A stretch of DNA of 64,000 nt from Auanema rhodensis (lineage: Eukaryota; Animalia; Nematoda): positions 16,678,001-16,742,000 of the forward strand of contig OZ059895.1 of assembly GCA_964057225.1 (NCBI GenBank). The letters are read 5' to 3'. Of this stretch, positions 13,456 to 27,579 are shown one piece after another. Position 1 is the stretch's first letter. Each line of letters begins with the position of its first letter. The position numbers were made by a program, and so were the translations under genes. Below the pieces are notes generated by a model. The model saw only the letters and a list, made by a program, of their open reading frames with translations, ran no database searches and was not told where the DNA came from.

Positions 13456-16020
13456 ACGCGCAGCACAACGAGCGCTGATGGCCTCTCACAATGCCCTGAG
13501 TTTGAACTGCCGGGAAACCCCAGAGGGCCAGACAGTGTAGATGGCTGCAGAAGATGCTGGTGGTCGCGGATTATGCAAGAGTGAGAGATAGATCGACAGA
13601 ACAGTAGCAATAGAGAAATAGAGAGATAAAGAGAGAGTCTACTCGTTGATTGCCCATGGCCCATGTCATGTGCTCTCTGTTGGACTCTTCTTAGCTTTCA
13701 ATCTAACTGTCTTCCTCATCTACTTTCCAGCCTGCCTCATCGCGTTGCCATCCTTTTCTAGGTTTTTGCATCATCATTATCGCCCATTTTTGCAGGCTCG
13801 ACAAAAAAAAAACCTTTTTTTTTATTTTTTTTCTGCTCATAACTTCCTGTGTAGGCATTTTTCCGCTCTTCCTTTCTCAGTTCTACCTTCCTCTTTCTCT
13901 CTCCCTCTCTCTCTTCGATGTTTTTAAAATCGTTTAAGCTTTTCGTTTGATACATACATTTATATTCAATATAATTTTTCGCAGAAATTGTTGTCAACTA
14001 TTCACATGAAATGGTAATTTCCAATTCTGTAATATCTTGATATTACATTGAATGCTCAACGTTTTCTTTTTAAAATTTAACGTATTTTCTCTTTACATTG
14101 ACTAAATGACTCATAAAGTTTGTCTTTTTTCTTCTTCAAACTGGCATTCATGCGTAGTTCACAGTTCGACTAATGTCAGAAATGACTATGTTTTTAGAAG
14201 GTTTGGTAAAATACCGTCACGATTACCAAATTTCTCATCCATATATTCTCTTAAAATAAATATTTTTCCAACATTCAGTCTTTAGTTATATGTGTAATAG
14301 TTAAACGTAACTATCCCAATCTGTAGATGTGATAGATTGAGAATAGAGCTCTGTTATCTTCTTCTTCTTCTTCTTCTTCGTCGTTGTCGTCGTCGTCATC
14401 GTCTTCAGCGTATCATCGTGAGGAACACGAACGTTTCTTTCTCTTCTTTTTCTTTTTTTTTTTGTCAAATTCAATTTCTTTGTATTCTATTCACACATAA
14501 TATATTTATAATCTTACTTCCGTTTCTTTCACATCTATCCCTGGTTCTATCTCCCTATGTTATTCTACGTTTTTCTATCGTTTTCCTCTCTTAATTGTAT
14601 TACGATTACATTGACTAGACCTTTACTGACTAGGATAAGCTGCTTAGTACCGATCGTAAAGCTCTTCAATCAGGCTGTAAGTCTGTAAAACAATATCAAC
14701 AAAGAAACCACATGCCATTTTCGTTGTCTAGATGTTATTCTTTTCTAAATCCTACTATTCATATTCGGTTATCATCTCTGCAACAGTGATGTAAGCTTCA
14801 ATTAACCTTCTACATGCTATTATTCTAAGATATCTCCCTATCAGCAACATATCCACCTCGTACGATTTCATATCACACAGACAAATCAGTCTGATCAACC
14901 TAATAATAGTCTGCTAGACATGGAAACAGGCAAAGAAAAGTAAGGAGAGAACCATTCAAAACAATGTGAAAGCGAAGAGTAGCTAGGGATAGACAGCCAC
15001 TGATTCCTTGTTTGGCAGCAATTATGTGGTATATATGTGTATGTGTGTATGCGTAAAATGTGTGTGTATGTGTGAGAGAGAAAGAGAGAGAGAGAAATGT
15101 CGGCTGTGGTGGCAGACGACGTCGACATCATCGTCGTTGTCGACAGGCATATGTTAACCGGTTCTCTCTCTCTCTATCTCACTCTTCCTCTCCTTTTAAC
15201 TCTCTCTCTTTCTCTCTATTCTTTCTGTCTCTCATTCTTCTTCATCACATCATCAGCGTATTCTCCCTGTCACAATAACTCTCTTCTCTCATCCTCTTCG
15301 TGTGTATTGAACCTCTCATCCATCTATCGTTACGTAGCGAATATCTTCTGCTTGATTCATCTCTAATTCTGAACATCTCGTTGATTTCTCTCACTCCCTC
15401 TCTCTCTATCTATCTTTCTCTCTCTCTCTCTCTTTATATCTTGTTCCATTCCTCTTAAAGGTTTTTTCGCTTTACTCTCCGAAGGCTATGGATAATCATT
15501 TTCATTTGTTTCATACAGAGATAAGCCAATACATAATGTCATCTAGCTGAATTTGCCTTTCCCAAGTTCGAATTGAGTTCCGATTGTCCTGTTCTCTAAT
15601 CCGTTGAACTATTTATTCTGCTCGTAATGAACATGTACAAACTCTGTTTCATAGTTTATCGATGCACCAGCTATTCAATTACCATTTCAAAAATTATTTT
15701 TCCCCTATATCTCGTTCGGTCACCCTAACCATTACTCAGTTTTGTACATAATATTAGAAATAGGTGACAACTTGTTTCCATTCACAGCACTTATCAAGAC
15801 TTTTTATGCTCATCTATTTCATTTTTGTCTGCACAGCTAAAATGAAGACGTCTTTCCTGTCATCAATTTCTAAACTTTCATGTCTTATGTCAGTGTATAA
15901 TTTCCCCTCCCCCTCCCTGCAAATCCTGCAGGGTCTACTTCAACTACGTTCCAAAAGTGTACCTCTCTCTCTTTCTTTCTTTCTTTCTCTCTCTCTCTCT
16001 CTCTCTGTATCTCTCTCTTC
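12940..16020. repeat. Cluster of (CT)n/(GA)n microsatellites upstream of the PTR gene
   Basis: CT tracts at about 12940-12992, 13368-13449, 15165-15215, 15395-15432 and 15963-16020; GA tracts at about 13580-13636 and 15073-15095. Confidence 0.95.
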
Positions 16021-17395
16021 CTCTTTTCTTCGTTAGAACCATAATTTCCAACTGAAACTACGTGATCTGTACAAGGAATTCATTTCTGTAATCTTGTCCC
16101 GACTGTTCAATACAACACAGATCAACACACTTCATTCACACGACGTCTCGGTTCAGTTAAGAAATCAAAAAGCTCCAGATTTTTAATCTGCTTTTTCCTT
16201 TTCTCATTTCTCATCCATCTTCAGTTTCTTTTTTTTTCCTTAACCAATATGTTTCCCTTATACTTTCATTCTCTGCCATCCATATAAGGCAACAAGCTAG
16301 ACATAGAGAGATGATGACACCTCACGCTTTAACCATCATCCATCCACATCTGCTTACTGCTTTGTCTTCTACATCTTCTTCAGACATACTTTATTCATTC
16401 AATAATTCAACTGATCAACTAATTCCACCCTCTTCCTCACTCATGCACTTCTCCCTACCCCCTTTTGCCCCCTTCCACCCCCCGCCCTTTCTCTCACAGA
16501 CTTTCTCATCCGCATTCGCCACTCTGTCTATCCACTGTGACAATTAAGTGAAAATGTGTGAAGATATGGAGATTTGAAGCAACTAAGCCCTGATTTCTCC
16601 TTCTTCATCCTTACCAGATAAACGTATTATAATCAATGAAATGCTCCTTTATTTATTAGTTTTTTCATCATTTCTATTTTTTTGTTTTCAAATTTCTCTG
16701 GCTGCTCTTCCGTCCTTCCGTCCGCCCTCCGCATACCTTCGCATTTTTTTCTGTTTCTCTCCACTACCCTCACATACTCAACTCGTGTGTATGATATTAT
16801 TATGATTTTGTTTCCACCTCTTCTGTCTGTCAGGCAATATAACAACAGACGGTTCTTTTTTTGTTTTTTCCCCAAACCTCTTTTCATCTATTTAAGCTAA
16901 AAACTAAAAATTTCATATTATATTCATCTTTGTGAACTTGAATCTCGTATTGTTTTCCATTTCCTTACAATTCATGAATCAGCACCTTAACTATATGTAT
17001 GCCGATAAACCTATGCTTTATCAGTCAGACTATATGTACTCGTTATAATCGCACAAATTTCTGATAGTGTGTTAAGTCGTTTTCCTGTACAACCTCACGT
17101 ACCAGTTGGCTTCTTCTTCTTCATCTTCTTCTTCATATTCATATCGCACGTCGTTTTCCTTAGGTTGTGTCCCTGTTTGATCAGCTGTCCTTGCGTCCAA
17201 ACATATGCTCAGATTTCTGACTAGTCCTCTCCTTATTCGACTTATTTGGCGATTTTGATCACCATCCATTTTTTTCTACCATTTTGTTCACCAATTGTAC
17301 ATATTATAGTTCGTTCTTTCATATAATCCATGTAACTATGCAGTATTTTTTATTGTATCACCTTTTTTCTTTACAGTATACGTTTCTAAAACAAT

Positions 17396-20300
17396 ATGAC
17401 ATCTTCGGAGGAAGATGTCCCTCTCCAGGAGCCGCACATCAAACTCAATGCGCCAAGTACGTTTCCATAAATTTTTGTCATTGAAAGAAAAATTTTTGCT
17501 TTTTATCTTTTTTTTTTTCTTCCTATCAATTGAATTTATTGAGCATTTTGATTAATAATAGCATAGTTAACGATTAAAAATGTGATAATGTATTTAAATG
17601 AAATAGTGATAGCTTTATACAAATTAAAGTTCCTTTTTTTCTTTCAGAATCTAAGTTATCGAAGGCCATTTCCTGGATAAAATCGGCCACATTGGAGGAA
17701 TATTTTCGATTATTAGGTGGAATTATTGGTTCAAATCCTCTATCATTCATTATAGCTGGGGCTATTTTATGTGGTCTTTCCGGTATGTAAGCTTATTTTC
17801 TGTTTTATTTCATAAAAAAACACTCCTTATGAAGATTTATGACAAAACATTTGACATAAATAATACAACCGCTCTGAACATGCATCACATTTAAAATGAT
17901 TGGCTTTTCTCATTCTCTCTCTCACTCTCTCTCTCTCTCTCTCACTTCACATAGTGCCTACTCACACTCTTTTCTCTTCATATTCTCATGTCTCTTTCTC
18001 TTTTTCTCTTCAATTTTTTTTGATAGCCAGAAATCACGTGAAACTTTGGCGATTTCGCTTATATGGAAGCGTCATGAAAATTTTTGTGTCATCGTTCAAT
18101 ACAAATCAACAGTCAAAATGTGGTGTGTATATGTATGTATTATGAACTAGTTAGATATCTAATAGTTGCACGATAGTTACATTGTACTTTAACATCAACA
18201 CAACACGAATAAGGAATGAATATACATGTTTATATAAGAAATTTCGTATGAGGAACTACTGATTGTCATAAAGCTTAAGCTAACGAAGAAATCATATAAT
18301 TACGTTTAAAGGTCTTTTTCCTTTTCAGTATGTATGGTCAATCTTCATTTAAAAGATAATGTTCGTGATGGATATACTCCAAGTACTTCACGTTCACGTC
18401 AAGAAACCAATTTATATAGGGAATTTTTAAATTCCAATGGTTAGTTCTCAAAGAAAATTTTAATTTTTCACTCAATAACTCGTATTTAGGTGATCCAACT
18501 ATGACTACAATACTGATGCGAGCAAGAGATAATGGCTCTATGCATCGGCTAGACTACTTAGCGGAAGCTGTTCAGCAGATGGTTAGCTTTGCTATTTCCT
18601 AATATTTTTAAACTGTTTTCCAATTTTGCAGGTATACATCTCGAAAAATTTATCAGTTGAGATGGATAATCAGAAAATTACGTATGACCAATTCTGTGGA
18701 CATTATTGCAAAGCAAATTCTGTAGTTTCATATTTCTATGTAAGCTTTATCATAAAACAGAACAATTCATGATTTTTTCTTGTCTATTTCAGCTTGCTTT
18801 GGTAGACAAAATGAAATCAGAAGCTCCTAACCTCATACTCACTTATCCTATAGCTCGCATGAACGAGGTAAAGATGCATCTGGAGCGTAATTTCTATGGT
18901 GTGCGCACTGTTCAAGATTTCAACGTCACTAACATAGAATATATTGAGGTACATTTGAATTATTCTCATTCGTATCTTATCTTTTCTGTTATTTCCAGCT
19001 TATTTCCATGTCTTTCCTTGCTGAAGTGAAAAGTGAAGCTGATATGGACCGCCTCAATGCTTGGGAATTGGCTGTCTATGATTACTGTACCAAATATTCC
19101 GCTTCAAATGACAATTTTATTGAAATGCTGGTAAGTAGTCAGACAGATGAATCTAAACTGCATAGTGTTAAGATGATATGACTATAGCTTTCTCAAGCGT
19201 TTTTTCAAACAAAACTGAAATCGGTTTCTTGCGAGCAACTGATGAGCTCGTGTTTACCTAATGCATATAGATCATTTCACGTAAATAGAGAAAAGACTTT
19301 CTCATACACACTACAACTACTTCGAGCTCAAACAAATTTTGAAGTACCACTTAGAACCAAAAATGTTCTGTCACCAACTTAAAACTTTTTTTGAACTCTA
19401 TGACTGTGAATAATATTGTTTCAAAGTACATGAGACCGAGAAAAAACATCAACAATATTATCATATATAATACATAAACATATACACATACATACAATAG
19501 AAATGTACAATGTTGTCTTCATTCTAGGTTATTGGAGCTGAAATTGTGGATACGGAAATGAACAAAGATGGACAACGCATGACTCCTTATTTTGCTACTG
19601 GTACACTACTCAAACATATAATCAAGTGCATTTCCATGAACTTTCTTTTCAGGTTTTATAGTTATGTTTGGCTTCGTTTTCTTAACTGTAACGATATCTT
19701 CTATGTATTTTGATAGATTAACTTATAAGGTAATTTGAAAAGAGCATAGTAAGTATAGCAACTAACTGATGATTGTTTGTTTTCAGATTCCTATTGTTGC
19801 CATTGCTTGTGCTGTAGTTCCTATTCTTGCCATAACAACTACTCTTGGATTATCAACATTAATTGGAAATCGCACTAATTCTTTAATGCTAATCATGCCA
19901 TTCCTGATTATGGGCATAGGTAAATTTTACTATTTTCAAAGAATTAACTTGTCTCAAAAGCTGAGAAGCTGACACATTGTTGTTGATAATTATTTCATCT
20001 TGATTGTTTACTTGAGTTGTTGTGTGCAGAAAACAGTACAAACAACTTCAAAAAACATTCTTAAAAGCTACAACTTCAGGTGTCAACGACTCGTTCCTCA
20101 CGTTACATTCTTGGCTCCGACAGCCATTAGTCTTCTCAGCCAAAGATAGAATAGCTAGGGTTTTGCAAGAGGTTTTTGCTCTTTGAACAGTTATTAATTG
20201 AGCTTTCTTGTTTAAGGTGGGACCGTCAATAACTACAACAACGTTAACCAACGTAATTACTTTCATGATCGGTTGGTTCACTCCCACAGAAGGTACATTC

Positions 20301-22748
20301 TCGGTGTTTCTGTTTGAATCTCTAACAATAGTAATTTAGAAATTTCCATTTTTTGTCTGGGCAGTGCATTGGCTTTAGGCTTTGCCTATATTTATACATT
20401 AATCATATATTGTCCGATTCTCTACTATTGTTCTCAGCCACGAATGGAAAGTTCAGAAACGAAACAAAAAAATTCTTGTCGCTTAAGNNNNNNNNNNNNN
20501 NNNNNNNNNNNNNNNNNNNNNNNNNNNNNNNNNNNNNNNNNNNNNNNNNNNNNNNNNNNNNNNNNNNNNNNNNNNNNNNNNNNNNNNNNNNNNNNNNNNN
20601 NNNNNNNNNNNNNNNNNNNNNNNNNNNNNNNNNNNNNNNNNNNNNNNNNNNNNNNNNNNNNNNNNNNNNNNNNNNNNNNNNNNNNNNAGTATGTTCGAGA
20701 ACAATGGCATCATCAGTTCAACTGATTCAAATATTGTTTCAGGTTAAACGGTTTCTCAAATCTTTTGTGCATTACTATTGTCGTCTATTGGAATATAAAG
20801 GCTTTGTGGCTATTCTCGTCATTGGATCTCTCTTCTATTGGTATATTCATCATCTTTTACTGCGTTTACAAGTTATCTTTGTAGGTATTTCGGAATATTA
20901 GGAAGTATTTCGATGAGTGCCAAGCTGGACACAGGGAAAATTTTGCCAATGGAATCACCGGTTCGTCGGCCGAATCGCTTCATTGAAGGAGTAGTTTGGA
21001 AAGAATACTATCCGGTCACTGTCATTGTTAATAATCCTGTTCAAATTGGGGATGAAAAGCAATTAGATCGAGTTTTGAGCATGGTTAATGATTTCGAGAC
21101 TTTACCTACATGTAGAGGTTCATAACACGGCTTATATTTCAATATTCATGGATATCTTTTGAAGGTCGAAATTTCACTATGCTCTGGCTCCGTGATTATC
21201 AGGAATATTTCCTCCAAACATCCGGAAGCACCTTCGATTATTATGACGATGATGCTGAGATTAAAGTGGATAGCCGTCCATTTGGTTACAGCAAGGTTTG
21301 AATTCAAGTTTCTAAACGTCCTCGTAATTGTTTTCTCTTCAGCTGGACGCCTTTATGAAACATATTCTTTACAAGCATAATCAAGCTTTTGTTAAGCTTG
21401 ACCCTGAAGCAGAGTGAGTGGACTTGTTTTCTTTCCTCATTGTAAACGTTTCATTGAACCTATTTAGAATTCCTGTTCGCCAATTTTCATTCCTTGTTGT
21501 TTATGAAAATAATACCTCATGGGAAAATAGAATTGAACTTATGCAAGAATGGAGAAAAATTGCTGATAAGTAAGCTTATTGTTCATTTACTTCTGTTTTT
21601 ATTTTAAATTATCTTTTCAGCTATAAAGATTTGAATGTTTCTGTCTGGAATGTTAATGCTATGTTTGTTGATCAGATGCTCAGTTTGAAGTCTCTAACCT
21701 TCCAGGTATGTTACGAATTTTTGAATTAAAGTAGTAATGCCCGAATATTGCAGACATGTTTCCTTACATTAGGATGTATGGTTGTTGTGTGTGCCATTTT
21801 CATCCAAAATCCAGTTAGTGTGATAATGGCAACGCTCTCAATAGCCTCTATCAGTCTGGGAGTCATGGGGTAATTCATTTTATAGACTTTAATCTTCTAT
21901 TATGTTTCTGAAAAAAATCGTTTTAACTCTAATTAAATGCTGAATGCAACCGGTTTACATCGTTTATCCAGACGAAGTGAAAATTCTCTCTGCGTAATAT
22001 TCTAATGACATCATTTTATGATTGGATATAATCGACCTTTCGAAATTTTTGACGACAATCTCTATCTTTCTAAATAAATTACATGATAAATGGACTTTTC
22101 TACGTTAATTAAATTAAAGTTATCGAATTACATTCAGATATCTCTCATTCTGGCATTTGGATCTTGATCCCGTTTCTCTTTGTGCCGTTCTGATCAGCAT
22201 TGGTATGGCCGTTGATTTCGTAGCTCATACTGCTTATCACTATCAGGTTTCACAATTGGGGATAGAATATGTTGATACAAATTTTTTATCGTTTCAGCTG
22301 AGCTGTCGGCACACGTACAGAAATGGAGTAGACGTTTTAGTAGAAATAGATAGTCCATATGAACGTCTGCAAAATACGATTACCAATATTGCTTGGCCAA
22401 TGTCACAAGCTGGTATCTCAACCGTTATTTGTATATTGCCATTAACACTATTAAGGGTAAATATTGATAATTATAAGAATACTTTGAAATTCATTATTTT
22501 TACAGAATTATATTCCGCTTGTATTCGTGAAAACGATAACCTTAGTAGTTATATGGGGCCTTTTTCATGGGCTTGTACTATTGCCTTCACTTCTCTCGCA
22601 GGTATAGTTCGTCACATTATAATGTTGTAAACGTTCAGTTTTTCAGATTCCTGCTCACTATCTCACTTACAATTGCTATAGAAGCATGTTCAAATCTCCT
22701 AAAGATGCTAAAAACGCTCAAGAACTGTCGCCACTAAGCAAAATCTGA
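17396..22748 (+). CDS. Patched-related (PTR) sterol-sensing-domain/RND-family membrane protein, multi-exon
   Basis: Exons splice to MTSSEEDVP..., [126 protein letters not shown]. Stop TGA at 22746-22748. The specific ptr orthologue was not determined. Confidence 0.92.
20488..20687. other. Assembly gap (200 N) inside the PTR gene
   Basis: Run of exactly 200 N, consistent with a fixed-size scaffolding spacer. Confidence 0.99.
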
Positions 22749-23895
22749 GATCAGATGACTTTGTGAAATGAAGCTCGAGCGTTTGAAAATCGCTAAAAAC
22801 GCGCTTTCTTGTTAAATAGTGCTGGTAGAAGTCACGAACCATCCTCAGGGTTTTTTTTTTGAGTTTTTTGTTCATACCTTATTGTCTTCTTTTGATTCAA
22901 GATGACTACATTATTGCTTGTCAAACGGGATTTTAATGTATTTCCCTCGCATTACGTGCCTCCCACATTATGTTCCAATTATTTTTCGAAAGACACTGGG
23001 TTTTGAGTTTTTTTTCGAAAAAATTTTTAATATCTAGTTACTCTTGCCTTTTCTCTTCTTGTACTTACCAAGCTGAGTTTTCTTCTGGTGCCATCATTTG
23101 TTTTGTTTTCCCTATTCAACTCGAACCAATCATTGTAATAAGGATTCGTTATCTAAATTTCGTAATTTAGTTCCTTCTTGATAACTCTATAGCTTAAAGA
23201 CCTTCAGCTCACAGAGTTGAATTACTTAGGTTCCTATCTTTTGACTAAGATAAGTATTGTTTCCACTCTCCCTGTAATATATTTGTTGGTTCTATCTTTT
23301 TTTTCAAAATTTCTTCATTGAAATTTGCATGACTACGGATTCAAAATGCCTTCCTAGTTAATCTAGTGAAATTTGTGTCAATTTTAGCTTTAGGCTAACA
23401 GTGCCATTTACTCAATGTATACATACAATTTGTTTTCAATCTGAATTCTCTGATATACATATATATATATATATATAAATAATAAAGAATTTTTATAATA
23501 TTCTGAGTGCTTTATCAGTTTCACCTACATGAAAATATTACTTAATTGGTGATAAAAAGTACTACACACGTGAATAAGAGTATTTTCTCATGAATACATT
23601 TTTCAATAGTTTTCTGGTGATATACCTGACAATAAAAAAAATTTGAAAAAAAAACATGAAAATCGATTTCTTACTTTCGATTGCACAACTTGGTCTGGTC
23701 TTATGCAAGTGTTTGCACAAGCCATCATGAAATGGCGTCACTTCCCATTTCAATATCACTTTATAACGAACATTTCTCAGTCTTCTCCTTCGTGGCTATT
23801 CCTTAAATTATTATAATTATTTTACGAACTTCTATATAAAAATAAAATCTGTATTTATATAAAAAAAATTATTATTTTAAGGTTGTGGCCTCAAA

Positions 23896-26800
23896 ATGTC
23901 ATCCATGTCCTCACGGTTAGCCTGGGGATTATGCCTGACAACTATTGATATATCTATATGTGTTATTTGTGCATTTTTACATGGAACTAACTTTTCCGTT
24001 GCTAATTTTACGGAACAATTAACTAACTTTTCATTCCTAACAAGGTAAATGCAATTCTGAAACAAAGTTTCATTATTATCACTTCAGTACATTAGATTTA
24101 CTGGTTTTGGCTGTCATAAGATGCATCTTATGGATTTTGCCTGCTATACTTCATTACTCAGGTGCTAGCCCTAAAAAGTTTAAATTCTATCAACAAGTAT
24201 ATCCTTCATATCTAACAAACAAATGTATTCAAACTTTAGGTAATCTCGTGTGTTGCATTAGTCATGTTTCTAAGCAGTCCAACAAAAATTTTATTGTTGA
24301 CTGAGCCAAAAGCTCCTGGTAAGTACGATCAGTCCTCGCCCCGATATTAACAAAGATTTGCTATACAGGAGAGCTGTTATTCTTTGGTGACTACTTGTTT
24401 CTTATTTGGAACATCATCGCAGCTATATTGCTGGATTACTCCTGGAAATTATACTTTTCCAAAGCTCCATCCTCCTACGTTGTATTGGACGAAGAAGATG
24501 AGGTAGGTAAAACAATAAGAAAAAATAACAAACTCATTATTGAGCTTTTCCTGATATTTGAAAAAAAACGTTAACTAATAATTAAAGGATGAAGAACAAA
24601 CCACTCCAAAAGAAACTTTACAAATGTTGTATCGTCTTATGCAATATTGCAAGAAAGAGTGGATTTGGCAAATTTCCGGATTTACCTGGATGTTTCTCCT
24701 TTCAATCAGTACGTAACAAAAAACTATTAATCCTAATTCATAACGAAAATTTAAAATAAAATAGAATCCTTTAGCCAGAATCTTTGTTCCATATTATACT
24801 GGACAAGTTATTGCTTCACTTGTTGCAACAAAGTCTTATTCATCTCTAGTCAGTTCTGTTTCTTTAATGGCCGGAATCTCTCTTGTCAGGTGCTAATGAA
24901 TTAACATCTTAAAAATACTAATCCGAAAATTATACATTTTCTTTAAATTTCTGCATTAAGAAATAAGTTTTTAATATTTTTTTGTACTTTAGTGCCTTGT
25001 CCGCAGGTCTATGTCGAGGATCATTCGATTATGCCTACAGTAAAGTTAATAAGGCGATTCGGTACGATCTCTTTTCTGCTATTGTTCAACAAGATGTAGC
25101 TTTCTTTGATGCTCATAAGACTGGTATAAATGAAGTGTGAACTGAAAATAATGCTATTATTATACTTATAGGAGAGATCGCATCGCGCTTGGCATCAGAC
25201 TGTCAGACAGTATCTGATACAATATCGACTAGTATACTCATATTTTTGAGGTAATATAGCAAAATAATAAAATATAAAATGGTTTAAAAGATTTTTACGA
25301 AATTTAATCTCTAAAGTTATAGTAATCAAATTAAAAACAAAAATGTTTTGTAAATTATAAATAAATTTAAAAAATAAAAAAACAACCGCTTACTGCCCTG
25401 AAAAATGAAAAAATAACCAAACGCGACAATACGTCAAAAATTAGAATATTTAGCTTCCTGAGGAATATGCTAATTTCAGAAACTTTTCGGTATTGTCTGG
25501 TTCTGTTATCTTCATGATGACACTTTCATGGAGGCTTTCCCTTATCACCTTCATTGTAGTTCCAGTCATTTTCGTTTTGTCACAAATATTTGGAGAATAT
25601 TATGATGTAACTTGTACTTTTTCATCATATAATCTTGTAGCAAATTTCAGATTATTGCGGAGAAAACACAAGATACCATTGCTCATTCTAATGATGTAGC
25701 TGAAGAAGTGTTATCAACCATGCGTACTGTTCGTTCATTTGCTTGTGAGCATGTTGAGGAGGACCGTTATTATGGAAAGCTCACTGACACATTAAAGATG
25801 GCCACTAAAGAATCATATATATATATTGCGTTTTACTGGGCCTCCGAAGTACTTAGTTAAAAATACTATTCAACTTATGAAATATTTTCAGTTTTTTCAA
25901 TCTGTGATTGCAATTGCTGTTCTCTGGTATGGTGGTCATTTAGTCCTTCAGAAGAAAATGCAGGTATTCATATACTGCATACTACTCAATCAGATTCAAA
26001 ACATTTAGGGTGATCTGTTAGTATCTTTCTTGCTCTATCAAATGCAACTCGGAGAAAATGTGAGAGAAATGGAAGAAGTTTGGTCGTGCTTGATGCATTC
26101 CATTGGTGGAAGTAGAAAAGTATGTTATTGAAGAGATTTTGCTTGAAAATGAAATATCTGTTTTAGGTCTTTGAGTATATTGACCGCAAGCCTACTATCC
26201 AGCATAATGGTACTTCTCAACCGTCTCAGTTGAAAGGACGTATTGAATTCCGCAACGTTCATTTCAGCTACCCTACTCGTAGTAATAATCCAATCCTCAA
26301 GGTTTATTGGTTTAAAATTAATATTGGAATTACTTTCATCTATTAAAGGATCTTTCTTTCACTGTTGAACCTGGAGAGACTGTTGCTTTAGTTGGTCCTT
26401 CTGGTTCTGGAAAGTCATCCTGCATTGCTTTGTTAGAAAACTTCTATCAACCAGTGGCTGGACAAATTCTGATCGATGGAATTCCATTAGATGAATATGA
26501 GCATCATTATATTCACAGAAAGGTAATTCATTAATGCTGTCTGGTCTGATATCATGGTTAATTCGGCAGATTGCTTTGGTTGGGCAAGAACCTGTACTGT
26601 TTGCTCGTTCCGTTATGGAAAATATTAGATATGGATGTGATGACAAGACGGAAACGGTAAATTTGAAAATGTCCACGAGGCAATGAAGCAACTATTTTCA
26701 TAGGATTGCATAAATGCTGCTGTGATGGCAAATGCTCATGACTTCGTTATGGATACAACTGATAAATATGAAACCAATGTCGGGGAAAAGGGAAGTCAGA

Positions 26801-27439
26801 TGTCTGGAGGACAGAAGCAACGTATTGCGATTGCTCGCGCACTTGTTCGTCAGCCCGTTGTTCTTCTTCTTGATGAAGCTACTTCTGCTCTTGATACTGA
26901 ATCAGAAGCTGTTGTTCAGGTAAGCCCCTACAGCTGTTAATGCATGAAATCACAGATAAAGTAGAAATCGACAGTTGAAAATATTAATTTTTCTGGAAAT
27001 AAAACTAACTTTAGGAAGCCATCTATAAGAATCTCGAGGGTAAAAGTGTTATCTTGATTGCTCACCGATTGTCAACGGTAGAAAAAGCCGATAAGATCAT
27101 AGTAATCAATGAGGTTTGTATATATTAACTTTTGTGAAAATAAACTAATATTTTGAAGGGAAGAGTTGAGGAAATGGGAACTCACAAAGAACTGTTAAAT
27201 CAATCTGGAATGTATGCAACTTTAGTTAAAAGACAAATGTTAGGTGGCAGAAAGAAGAAAAGAAAAGTAACTCCACCCTTATTCTACAGGTATAATAGTA
27301 TTCATTTGCAATATTTTTGGAAATATCAGTCCGAAAACATAGAATTATGTAAATGAATGTATTTAGATCTATAAGTGAAGGAGCGGGATGCCATGGAGGA
27401 GCCTTGTCATTACTATCCGCTAGGTTTAGTCTTAATTAA
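23896..27439 (+). CDS. haf-4: TAP/ABCB9-like half ABC transporter, haf-4 paralogue A (divergent copy)
   Basis: No frameshift or internal stop found on manual splicing. TMD motifs [44 protein letters not shown] motifs [44 protein letters not shown]. Ends [13 protein letters not shown]. Confidence 0.88.
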
Positions 27440-27579
27440 TTCTATTTTCTCTAGCTAAAACTTATTTCACTGTGATATAAATTTGAGAATTTATTAAATT
27501 AACAATTTGTATATTGATATATTGTTATTTTGGTTGTTGCTCTGTGATTTTAACGTTGAATTTTCAAACTTATTAAATC

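Noticed and set aside
6700-17300. Numerous 60-137 aa ORFs in the ORF track
   Set aside because: Low-complexity Leu/Ser/Phe or Glu/Arg translations of microsatellites, with no splice-consistent model or recognisable family.
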